Below, piece by piece: positions 10,997 through 22,000 of a DNA stretch of 64,000 nucleotides. The notes beneath the pieces were generated by a model. That model saw only the letters and a program-made list of their open reading frames with translations. It searched no databases and had not been told where the DNA came from. This DNA is from Anaeramoeba ignava BMAN (lineage: Eukaryota; Protista; Anaeramoebae), in the NCBI GenBank assembly GCA_028826165.1, contig JAPDFW010000077.1, positions 310,001-374,000 of the forward strand, in the 5' to 3' direction. Position numbers and translations under genes: made by a program. Each line of letters starts with the position of its first letter. The stretch's first letter is position 1.

Positions 10997-11317
10997 AATG
11001 AAAAAGATTTTATTATTGAAAGAAAAGAAAAACAATATAAATTTCCTAAATTAATATTAATAATGAGAAGTGAATTATATCGAGGAATGTTTTTATCTGT
11101 TACAAATGATACATCTAATAAAGTTACAGATTATAGTGAATTAAGTAATAAATCATTTCAAATATTTGAATATTGGATTTATTCAAATCAAATTAAAGAA
11201 GAAATTAAAATTACAAAAGAAATCATTGAAGAATTAGAAATTGGAATTGATTATTTTCAATTAAATCAAACAAATCCAAATTTATTTGATTTATTAATTA
11301 ACAAATTTAATAATTAA
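10997..11317 (+). pseudogene. 5'-truncated RCC1-BTB copy (A'), C-terminal ~106 codons only
   Basis: Homology begins abruptly at AAT GAA AAA GAT TTT ([12 protein letters not shown]...) and ends KEEIKITKEII..KFNN*, like copy A. Upstream is non-coding repeat DNA. Confidence 0.85.
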
Positions 11318-11902
11318 ATTTAAAATTAAAATTAAAATCAAAATTAAAATCAAAATCAAAATCAAAATCAAAATTAAAATTAAAATTAAAATTAAAATTA
11401 AAATTAAAATTAAAATTAAAATTAAAATTAAAATTAAAATTAAAATTAAAATTAAAATTAAAATTAAAATCAAAATTTAAAATTAAAATTAAAATTAAAA
11501 TTAAAATTAAAATTAAAATTAAAATTAAAATTAAAATTAAAATTAAAATTAAAATCAAAATTAAAATTAAAATTAAAATTAAAATTAAAATTTAAAATTA
11601 AAATTAAAATTAAAATTAAAATTAAAATTAAAATTAAAATTAAAATTAAAATTAAAATTAAAATTAAAATTAAAATTAAAATTAAATTTAAAATTAAAAT
11701 TAAAATTAAAATTAAAATCAAAATTTAAATTAAAATTAAAATTAAAATTAAAATTAAAATTAAAAATCAAAATTAAAATTAAAATTAAAAATTAAAATTA
11801 AAATTAAAATTAAAATTAAAATTAAAATTAAAATTAAAATTAAAATAAAAATTAAAATTAAAATCAAAATTAAAATAAAAATTAAAAATTAAAATTAAAA
11901 TT
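11315..11902 (+). repeat. (AAAATT)n spacer
   Basis: ~590-bp hexamer array. Confidence 0.95.
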
Positions 11903-11930
11903 CATTTTTTCATTTTTTTTCTTTTCAAAA

Positions 11931-13754
11931 ATGAATGAAATTTTATTTTGTGGTGAAAATCAATATCCAAAACTTTTCAAAAATGAACAAGATAAAATAA
12001 AAAAACCAATTCAATTTAAATTTGAAAATGAAAATGAAAATGAAAATGAAAAACAAATTAAACAAATTTCAACAGGAAGTTTTTCAATAATTTTCCTTTT
12101 TGAAAATGGAAAAGCAATAGAATATTTAAGATATTCAAAACAAAATCCTGAAGAAATCCAAATTGAAGATATTCAAAAAGTAACTGTTGGTTCTCGAAAT
12201 GAAGCTATTTTAACAATAGAAGGAAATGTATTTGCCAAAGGTGAAAATATTAATCCAAAAAATCCAAATCAATTTATCAATATTTCATCATTAATTGAAG
12301 ATATAAATGATAGAATAATTCAAGATATTGTTTCTGGATGTTTTTCAATTTACTTATTAACTTCAAATCATAATGCTTATGGAATTGGTGATAATCAATA
12401 TGGTCAACTTGGTTTTGATTCTAAAACAATTGAAAAAACAGAAAAACCAATTTTAATGATGAAAAATGTTTCTAAAATATTTTCAGGAAGTTCTTCAAGA
12501 CATGTTTTTCTTTTAAATTCAAATCAAGAATTATTTGGATGCGGATGGAATCAATATGGTCAACTTGGATTAGGAGAATCAAGAGAAGAAACAAAAATCC
12601 AAAAATTAACCAAAATCCAAAAAATTCCAAAAGGTAAAATAATTGATATTCAAGGTGGAAATACTCATTCAGTAATGTTGATTGAAAATGAAAATCCAAA
12701 AAGAAAACTTTATTCATGTGGAGATTATCGATATAATGGACTTGAGAAAATCAGCTATCAATGTAAAAGAAAATTTACTGAAATTAAATCATCTTTATTT
12801 GAAAATGATAATATTCTTGAAATTTCTGTTGGATGTGATCATACTTTGATTTTAACAACAAATTCAAAATTGATAGGATTTGGATGGAATTTTTATGGTG
12901 AATTAGGAACTGGGAATACAAATGATCAATTAATTCCAATTCAAATTGAACTTCCTAAATTAAGATTTAATGAAAATATTTCCAATTATCATGTTTCTTG
13001 TGGTGGTCACAAATCATTTCTTTATTATTCTCCTTATTATTCTCCTTTATTTTCTCATCTTTCCAATCTTGAAGAAGATTCGATAAAACTATTTAGAAGA
13101 AAAGAATTTTGTAATATTTCATTTAAAACCAGAAATGGAGAAATAATCAAAGCTCATAAATTAATATTGAAATATAGATTAAAAGATTATGGAAATCAAA
13201 TTGAAAAACTTCAAGAAATTATTTCAAATAAATCAATTAAAGAATCAAATCAAATATTTGAGATGATTTATTCAAACAGAATTATAAATCCAAAATTATA
13301 TTCTGAAATTAAAGAAATTATAAATTTAAATGAAAAAATTGAAGAAACAATTAAAAGAATTTATTTAAATGAAAATGAAAATGAAAATGAAAAAGATTTT
13401 ATTATTGAAAGAAAAGAAAAACAATATAAATTTCCTAAATTAATATTAATAATGAGAAGTGAATTATATCGAGGAATGTTTTTATCTGTAACAGAAGATA
13501 AATCTAATAAAGTTACAGATTATAGTGAATTAAGTGATGAATCATTTCAAATATTAGAATATTGGATTTATTCAAATCAAATTAAAGATGGAATTCGAGT
13601 TAAATATAAAATAATTGATGAAATCAAAAGAGGAATTGATTATTTTCAATTAAATCAAACAAATCCAAATTTATTTGATTTATTAATTAAACAATTTAAT
13701 AATCAAATTTCAAAATTAAATTTAAAATTAAAATCAAAATCAAAATTAAAATAA
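11931..13754 (+). CDS. RCC1 + BTB protein (copy B')
   Basis: Nearly identical to B, including the KLNLKLKSKSKLK tail. Confidence 0.9.
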   Translation: MNEILFCGENQYPKLFKNEQDKIKKPIQFKFENENENENEKQIKQISTGSFSIIFLFENGKAIEYLRYSKQNPEEIQIEDIQKVTVGSRNEAILTIEGNVFAKGENINPKNPNQFINISSLIEDINDRIIQDIVSGCFSIYLLTSNHNAYGIGDNQYGQLGFDSKTIEKTEKPILMMKNVSKIFSGSSSRHVFLLNSNQELFGCGWNQYGQLGLGESREETKIQKLTKIQKIPKGKIIDIQGGNTHSVMLIENENPKRKLYSCGDYRYNGLEKISYQCKRKFTEIKSSLFENDNILEISVGCDHTLILTTNSKLIGFGWNFYGELGTGNTNDQLIPIQIELPKLRFNENISNYHVSCGGHKSFLYYSPYYSPLFSHLSNLEEDSIKLFRRKEFCNISFKTRNGEIIKAHKLILKYRLKDYGNQIEKLQEIISNKSIKESNQIFEMIYSNRIINPKLYSEIKEIINLNEKIEETIKRIYLNENENENEKDFIIERKEKQYKFPKLILIMRSELYRGMFLSVTEDKSNKVTDYSELSDESFQILEYWIYSNQIKDGIRVKYKIIDEIKRGIDYFQLNQTNPNLFDLLIKQFNNQISKLNLKLKSKSKLK

Positions 13755-13758
13755 AAAG

Positions 13759-14035
13759 AAATTAAAATTAAAATTAAAATCAAAATCAAAATTAAAATTA
13801 AAATTAAAAATCAAAATTAAAATTAAAATCAAAATTAAAAATCAAAATTAAAATTAAAATTAAAATTAAAATCAAAATTAAAATTAAAATCAAAATTAAA
13901 ATTAAAATTAAAATTAAAATTAAAATTAAAATTAAAATTAAAATTAAAATTAAAATTAAAATTAAAATTAAAATTAAAATTAAAATCAAAAATAAAATTA
14001 AAATTAAAATTAAAATTAAAATTAAAATTAAAAAT
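13759..14035 (+). repeat. (AAAATT)n spacer
   Basis: Hexamer array. Its 3' end matches the B-C spacer (aaaaatccaaaatattttttt). Confidence 0.9.
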
Positions 14036-14072
14036 CCAAAATATTTTTTTTTCATTTTTTTTCTTTTCAAAA

Positions 14073-15878
14073 ATGAATGAAATTATATTTTTTGGTTGGA
14101 ATAGGTATCCAAAACTTATCCAAAATGAACCAAAAAGAATAAAAAAACCAATTCAATTTAAATTTGAAAATGAAAATGAAAATGAAAATGAAAATGAAAA
14201 TGAAAATGAAAATGAAAAACAAATTAAACAAATTTCATCAGGTTACTTTTCAACAATTTTCCTTTTTAAAAATGGAAAAGCAATAGAATATTTATTTAAT
14301 TCAAATCAAAAACCTAAAAAAATCCAAATTGAAGAAAATATTCAAAAAGTAACTGTTGGTTTTGAAAATGAAGCGATTTTAACAATAGAAGGAAATGTAT
14401 TTGCCAAAGGAAAAGATATTAATCCAGAAAATCCAAATAAATTTATCAATATTTCATCATTAATTAAAGATACAAATGATAGAATAATTCAAGATATTGT
14501 TTCTGGAAAAAATTCAATTTACTTATTAACTTTAAATCAAAATGCTTATGGAATTGGAGATAATCAATTTGGTCAACTTGGTTTTGATTCTAAAACACTT
14601 AATAAAACAGAAAAACCAATTTTAATGATGAAAAATGTTTCTAAAATATTTTCAGGATTTTCAAATCATATTTTTCTTTTAAATTCAAATCAAGAATTAT
14701 TTGGATGTGGATATAATTATTATGGTCAAATTGGATTAGGAGAATCAAGAATAGAAACAACAATCAATAAATTAACCAAAATCCAAAATATTCCAAAAGG
14801 TAAAATAATTGATATTCAATCTGGAATTAACCATTCGATAATGTTGATTGAAAATGAAATTGAAGATGAAAATCAAAATCCAAAAAGAAAACTTTATTCA
14901 TGTGGAGATTATCGATATAATGGACTTGGCAAAGATGGTCGTGAAGATACTTATGAATTTACTGAAATCAAATCATCTTTATTTGAAGATGATGATAATG
15001 TTATTGATTTTTCTATTGGAAATACTCATACTTTGATTTTAACTTCCAATTCAAAATTGATTGGATTTGGAGGTAATTTATATGGTGAATTAGGAACTGG
15101 AGATACAAAATATCAATTAATTCCAATTCAAATCGAACTTCCTAAATTAAGATTTAATGAAGATATTTCCAATTATCATATTTCTTGTGGATATTACAAA
15201 TCATTTCTTTATTATTCTCCTTCTTCTTTTTCCAATCTTGAAGAAGATTTGATAAAATTATTTGAAAGAAAAGAATTTTGTGATATTTCATTTAAAACCA
15301 AAAATGGAGAAATAATTAAAGCTCATAAATTAATATTGAAATATAGATTAAATCAAAATCAAAATCAAATTGAAAAACTTCAAGAAATTATTTCAAAAAA
15401 ATCAATTAAAGAATCAAATCAAATATTTGAAATGATTTATTCAAATAATTCCAAAATAAATCCAAAATTATATTCTGAAATTAAAGAAATTATAAATTCA
15501 AATGAAAAAATTGAAGAAACGATGAAAAAAATTTATTTAAATGAAAATGAAAAAGATTTTATTATTGAAAGAAAAGAAAAACAATATAAATTTCCTAAAT
15601 TAATATTAATAATGAGAAGTGAATTATATCGAGGAATGTTTTTATCTGTAACTGAAGATAAATCTAATAAAGTTACAGATTATAGTGAATTAAGTAATAA
15701 ATCATTTCAAATATTTGAATATTGGATTTATTCAAATCAAATTAAAGATGGAATTCAAATTACAAAAAAAATAATTAATGAAATTCAAATAGGAATTGAT
15801 TATTTTCAATTAAATCAAACAAATCCAAATTTATTTGATTTATTAATTAAGAAATTTAATAATCAAAATCAAAATTAA
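14073..15878 (+). CDS. RCC1 + BTB protein (copy C')
   Basis: Shares the N-terminus (FFGWNRYPKLIQNEPKRI) and the GINHS..GKDGREDTYEF block with C. Confidence 0.9.
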   Translation: MNEIIFFGWNRYPKLIQNEPKRIKKPIQFKFENENENENENENENENEKQIKQISSGYFSTIFLFKNGKAIEYLFNSNQKPKKIQIEENIQKVTVGFENEAILTIEGNVFAKGKDINPENPNKFINISSLIKDTNDRIIQDIVSGKNSIYLLTLNQNAYGIGDNQFGQLGFDSKTLNKTEKPILMMKNVSKIFSGFSNHIFLLNSNQELFGCGYNYYGQIGLGESRIETTINKLTKIQNIPKGKIIDIQSGINHSIMLIENEIEDENQNPKRKLYSCGDYRYNGLGKDGREDTYEFTEIKSSLFEDDDNVIDFSIGNTHTLILTSNSKLIGFGGNLYGELGTGDTKYQLIPIQIELPKLRFNEDISNYHISCGYYKSFLYYSPSSFSNLEEDLIKLFERKEFCDISFKTKNGEIIKAHKLILKYRLNQNQNQIEKLQEIISKKSIKESNQIFEMIYSNNSKINPKLYSEIKEIINSNEKIEETMKKIYLNENEKDFIIERKEKQYKFPKLILIMRSELYRGMFLSVTEDKSNKVTDYSELSNKSFQIFEYWIYSNQIKDGIQITKKIINEIQIGIDYFQLNQTNPNLFDLLIKKFNNQNQN

Positions 15879-16022
15879 AATTAAAATTAATTAAAATTAA
15901 AATCAAAATTAAAATTAAAATTAAAATTAATTAATCAAAATTAAAAATAAAATTAAAATTAAAATTAAAATTAAAATTAAAATCAAAATTAAAATCAAAA
16001 TCAAAATTAAAATCAAAATTAA
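15876..16022 (+). repeat. (AAAATT)n tract between convergent genes
   Basis: Hexamer array starting at the stop of C'. Confidence 0.85.
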
Positions 16023-16067
16023 AAAATATTCTTGAATGATTTCTTCTTTATTTTATGGAAATTCAAT

Positions 16068-19000
16068 TTATAAATTTTCATTTTCATTTTCATTCTTTTC
16101 ATTAATATACTTTAAAAGAGAATAAACAAGACTCCTAAAATCAAGTTTTTCTTCAATATTCGCTTTTTTTTCATACCAATCTTTAAATTCATTTTCTAAC
16201 AATTCTTGCCAATTATCCAAATATTTTTGTTCAGGAAATTGAATTGAATTTTTTTCAATAACTTCATTAAATTGATTGAATATTTTTGCAAATTTAGATA
16301 CTTTTTTATGACTGACTTTTCCAAACCACTCCATAACAAAATCAAACGAAGGTTTTCGATCCAAAAGTTGAATGAATTCAGATCCTTTAAGAACATCAAG
16401 AATATCTTGATGTTTTTGTTTTTCCGCAGTTTTGATTTGATTTTTTTTGTATTTGATTCTTTCTTTCATTTCATTGAGAAAAACAAAAAAAATAATAACA
16501 ATTCCAATCCAAATCAAAATCAAAACAATAAATTCAACAATTTCTTTTGTTTCGGAATCACCTGATTCATTTGAACGAAAAACAAAGCTAGAAAGCATGA
16601 CAATTTCAAGAACACTGAGTAAAATCAACTCAGTTCTATTTCTTCCTTTTGTATCATAAGGTTCAAAAACCGCTTGTAAAATAATTGCAACCAAAAGAAT
16701 AAGAATCAACAATCTAATTTGTAAATCCGCAATAAAATTGAAATAAAGCAAAACAAACACAAAAATAGCCTTTCTCGCCATAACAACCAATTCCCAAAAG
16801 AACCACTCTCTTCGGAATCTTGAGCATAGCAAACTGAGTCTTGAATCGAAAACTTTTTCAGTGTGATATTTACTGTGGTAAACAAGCATAAAGATAATCA
16901 AAGCAGGAATCCCAATTACATAAAGAAATCCAAAAATAGCGCCTGGAATAACCATTTTTTTCCACCACGGATCATTATAGCATCGATAGCTTGGCGCTGC
17001 ATTCAATGTGTAAACTCCGTTTGCTTGTTTTGTGCAGGAAAATAAAGTGAATATCCATTGACATAAAAACAAATAAGCTAAAAAACAAAAAGCAACAAAT
17101 GCATTCAGAAAACTGGAATATAATTTTTCTGCTGATGAATTTCCGTGTGTGAAGAATTTGCTAATTTGAAACCGTATCCATGAAAAAGGATACAAATATT
17201 TGTTTGTTGTTCTTCTTGTTGGCTTTGCACAAAAATTGGGGAATTTTTCTGAGAATTTTGATCCACATTTTCTTATTATTATTGAATGAAGCTGAATAAC
17301 AAGGAAGAGAAATGCAAACAGTATAACAATCACAACAGGAACAAGAACTACTGAGAACCATTTGATTGTGAATGATATTGAAAGGCTGCATTCAGGAGCA
17401 AGAAAATCAATATTGAAATTAAAAAAAGACAAACTATTCAAAAAACTTTGAGTTCTTGAAGGCCAAGATACTTGCATTTTGGGAAGTGTTGCCAAGATTT
17501 GGAAAAACGATAATGCAATACTTAAACTCCCAAAATACGATCTTGCTTTGCTTCTTGCGATTATGACCAACAGGATGGCGAATAAAACCAAAATAATTCC
17601 AGCAATATATAATCTTTTTTTTGAATTAGTTGGACATTTTTGACATCTTGAAGAGAATTTATAATATCCTTTTGAACATTCTGAGCAGATAACTCCTTGA
17701 TATCCCAATTTTGAATTACAAGTTTCTTTATTTCCTCCTGGACATGCTTCAAATGGATCGCATTTATAGAAAATCAGGTTTTGATCTGCCCAATATCCTT
17801 GATCTACTTTGGGTTCATTCATTCCTGGTTCATTACAAATCCCTCCTTTTGGACATGATTTACAATCTTCTCCTGGGTTTCCATACATTCCTTCTTTGCA
17901 AACACATTCATTAATTGTTGATGAACCTTGACTAAAAGTGATTGTATTTGAAGGACATCTTTTACAAGTTGATTGACCTAAATCAAAATCAATTAAAATT
18001 CATTTATAAAATTAAAATTCATTTATAAAATTCATTTATAAAATTAAAATTAATTTATAAAATTAAAATTAATTTATAAAATTCATTTATAAAATTAAAA
18101 TTCATTTATAAAATTAAAATTAATATTAATATTTACCCATCTCGTCTTGATAATAAAACATCCCACATGGAAAACAAAATGTTGCTCCATTTGAAGATGA
18201 ATAAGAACCAGCTGGACAAACAAGACATGGTGATGCTTCTTTACGATTATAAGTACCAACTTTACAATACTCACAAGTTGATGAAGATGTTGTTTCTCTT
18301 CCAATCCCACATTTCTTACAAGAACTAGAACCATTAGTATTTGAATAATATCCTTGAGGGCAAATTGAACATGATTCTGATCCATTTTGTGAGGAATAAG
18401 TTCCGATTGGACATACTTCACAAGATATTGAACCAATTGAAGCTGAAAAACTTCCTGATTCACATAAACTACATTTTGGAGATCCTGTCTTGTTTGCATA
18501 AGATCCTAATGAACAACTTTCACAATAAAAAGATGCTCTTTTTGATGAAAAAGAACCTTGTGAACAAGCTTGACATTCAGAATATAAATCAGATGAAAAA
18601 TATCCACTTTCACATCCCATAAAAATATACTTAATTTCTTCATTTGTTACATTAATTCTAAAATTTTAAAAAAAATTTAAAATTTAAAATTTAAAATTAA
18701 CCTTTCTTGTTTTTGGAAAAATTTTTTTTTTACTCAAATTTTTTGGATAAATCATTAAGTTCAAGCGTTGAAAAATTATTATCAAGAATTCCTTCAAAAA
18801 TCATAATTGGAAATTCATCTCCAAGTTTTGGTTGAAAAAGATTAAATGAAAAATATACATCAAGTAAACCTGTTAAATAAACACTTCCTGAATTGAATCT
18901 AATTTCTGTTTCATTTCCTTTTTGAATTTCAACTTGAAATGAACTGTTTTCTGATGATAAAAAATTTCCTGAAAAAGTGAAGCTTCCAATAATATTAAAT

Positions 19001-22000
19001 TCTCCAAAATTTTTCATTTCTTGAAATGATATTAATTTTGAACTTTTCAAATTTGAAAATATCGCATTCCCATAATTTTCGAAATTATTTGTAATTGAAG
19101 CACTTCCTCCTAAATAAAAAGTTCCAAAATTTTTAAGAGATTCAAAATATATGTCTGAATTTTCAAAATGAAGATATAAATTATTGATAATGTTTGTTTG
19201 AATAATTCCAGAAAGTGAAGTGAAATTTCCATTGTTAATAATTGAACTAAATCCATCATTTCCTTGAATTGAAGCTGAAGAATTTGAAATTTCAAAATTT
19301 GATGAAATGGTAATTTGTGAATTATTCATTTGGATTGAAGCATCAATTAATAATGTAGAATCACTCAAAATTTGAGAATCTAAAAATGAGATATTTCCTG
19401 TTGAAAAAATTGCATTGGAATAAATAAGATTTATTGAAATAATCTCTCCATTTGTGCAAATAAATGAATTTTTCACTTGTAAAGATTGTAAATTATCCCC
19501 AATAATCGATCCACCAAACAAATTAAAATTATCCAATTCCATTGTATCATTTTGTTGTAAATAAATTGCACTTCCACTTTGATTTTGAGTAAGAGAGCCA
19601 TTAATAAGCAAGAATCCATTCAAATAGATATTTTTTTCATTGTAAATATCTCCTTCAAAAATAAAAGGAATCGATTCTTGAAGTTTTGAATTTTGATAAG
19701 TTAAATTCTGTGGAAGTGAAATGAAATAAAAAGTTCCATAATTATTCACTGTAAAAAATCCATTTTTTGAAATATTATTCAAAAATCCCAATTCGCCTTG
19801 ATTGTTGATTTCTGCATTTTCAAATGTAATTCCTGATCCAAATTGCATTTTTCCAAAATTGTTGAAAGTTGAATTGAGAATTATTGTTGAAAAATTGAAA
19901 TTCATAGTCACATTTTCATAAAAAGTAATAAAGAGATTCTGAATTTGATAATTTTGGAAATCAAAATTTGAATAAATCAAAATGTGAGGAATAATAATTT
20001 GGCAATCATTGAAAATATCAAGATTATTAACTGATATTTCATTCTCACTTTCAAAAATAGAATCTTGAATTGATAAATCATCAAAAGTGATATTAGTTGT
20101 TGATTGATTGAAATAAATCAATGAATAATTGGAAATGGTAACTTTCCCTCCTTCAAAAACTTGAAAACAACTTCCGCTAAAACTCAAATTAATTGAATTT
20201 AATTCTAAATCAAAACATCCTTCAATTCCTCCTGAAAGAACTTCAATAGTTGACAGATGATCTCCAAAAATTTGGATTGATTGTGATTCAAAATGGGTTG
20301 AATCTCCATCCAATAAAGAAAGGGATGAATTTTGCAAATCAAGAAATCCACTTATATTAAAGATGTTTGAAGTTAAATGAATATTTGAAATTGAGGAATT
20401 TTCAATTTTGGAAACTAAAGAATAATAATTTTCTTGAGAATTCTTTAAAGATAAACGAGCATTTTGAATTAAAAAGTTTTCAATTTGTGAAAGGGATTCA
20501 ATTTCAATTAATAAAGATGAATTTATTAATTCCAAAGATCCTTCGAGATGAATCAAATCAAGATCAATATTCTCAAGACAATCTTCAAAAGAAATCCAAA
20601 TTGAGGAAGGAATTGCGATTTCTGTTGCATTTATAGTTGAATTTTGGAAAGATAAACTGAGATTTGAAGAAATGGGATGTTGGAAATCAACATTGGAATT
20701 AATAAAAAAAGATTGAGAATTGTTAGATTGAAAAGAGCCAAAATTTGGAGTATTAACAATAAAATGAGTTTCATAAAATTGATCTTGATCAGTTAAAAAT
20801 GAATCTGAAATTTGGATTGAATTTGTAATTGATCCATAAATTTGAGAATTTTTTGAATAGAAATAACTAGTAGTTAATTGAGGAGTTTTTAAGTATAAAA
20901 TTGTTTCTGAAACAATAAATGTAAGATCTGATGGCGAGACAATTAGTGATTCAGAATTTATATGAAAAGTTGAGTTTTCAAATTCAATAATTGATGAATT
21001 AATAAGATAAATGGATTCAAAATATCCTTGGAAATATACTTTTGAATTGGAAACTAGATTATTGATTAAAACCCAATTAATTGAATAAATTTCGCAATCA
21101 TTTTGACAAGTTATATTATTAATTGAAATATTTTTTGATAAACTAAATTTAATCTGAGAATTATCAAATAAAAGAAGAGAATCTATTGAATCTTGAACAA
21201 TTCCTTGAATATCTAAATTTGCATCTTGTAAAAATAATTGAGATTGAACATCAATTTCAGATATTTGAAATGAACCATGAATAAATCCTGATTGATCTCC
21301 TGTTACTTGAACATTTTGAATAGAAACACTATTCTCAAATTGAAAATAAGCATTGTCTAAAAAAACCTGAGAAATTAAATAAGGTTGATCAATACTCGAA
21401 ACTGAAAAATTTGAATTTTGAATCCAAATTGATAGATTTGAAGAAGTATAAAGAGAAGAAATATCTATTGATTTTTGGATTGTAAAATTAGATTCTGATT
21501 GTGATCCGAAAAATTGATTTATTGAAAGAGGGATATTTGAAGATAAATTTGAATTATCATGCAAATATAAATGAGTAATTGGAAAATTTCCTTCTCCAAA
21601 AATGAGAGAATCACCATAAACATTAACAGTACTAGCATAAGAAGAGTCAAAGTTATCAATTTCCAGAGAACCATTATTGATACTTATTGAGGAAAAATTT
21701 GAATCAATAGAAACAAGATCGCCAGTAAGTATTAAAGAAATTGGGACTTGAGAATGAATAGAGATATTATTTTTATCTTCCAAAGAAAGTAGTCTTGGAT
21801 TATTAATAATGATAGACATTGAAGAAGGATTATTTGAAGGGATAATAAGTGAAGAATTTAGTTTTGTTGCTGAAGGGTTTTGCATAGAAAGAAAAAGATC
21901 CGAAACATGGGAAACGGAAACTGTTTCAATCTCACTATCAGTTACTGAAAATAAAGGTTGTGATGTTGTTGTCCAACAATTACCAATATTTGTGAAATCT

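Noticed and set aside
11307-11770. ILILIL/FNFNFN/KIKIKI ORFs here and at 13804, 27503-28600, 33542, 42958-43765, 53327-54128, 55695 and 60438-61258
   Set aside because: They are alternative-frame or antisense readings of hexamer microsatellites.
1443-15878. Diversity-generating retroelement behind the RCC1 variation
   Set aside because: No reverse transcriptase or template repeat in the window. Variation is spread over all blades and not obviously adenine-restricted.
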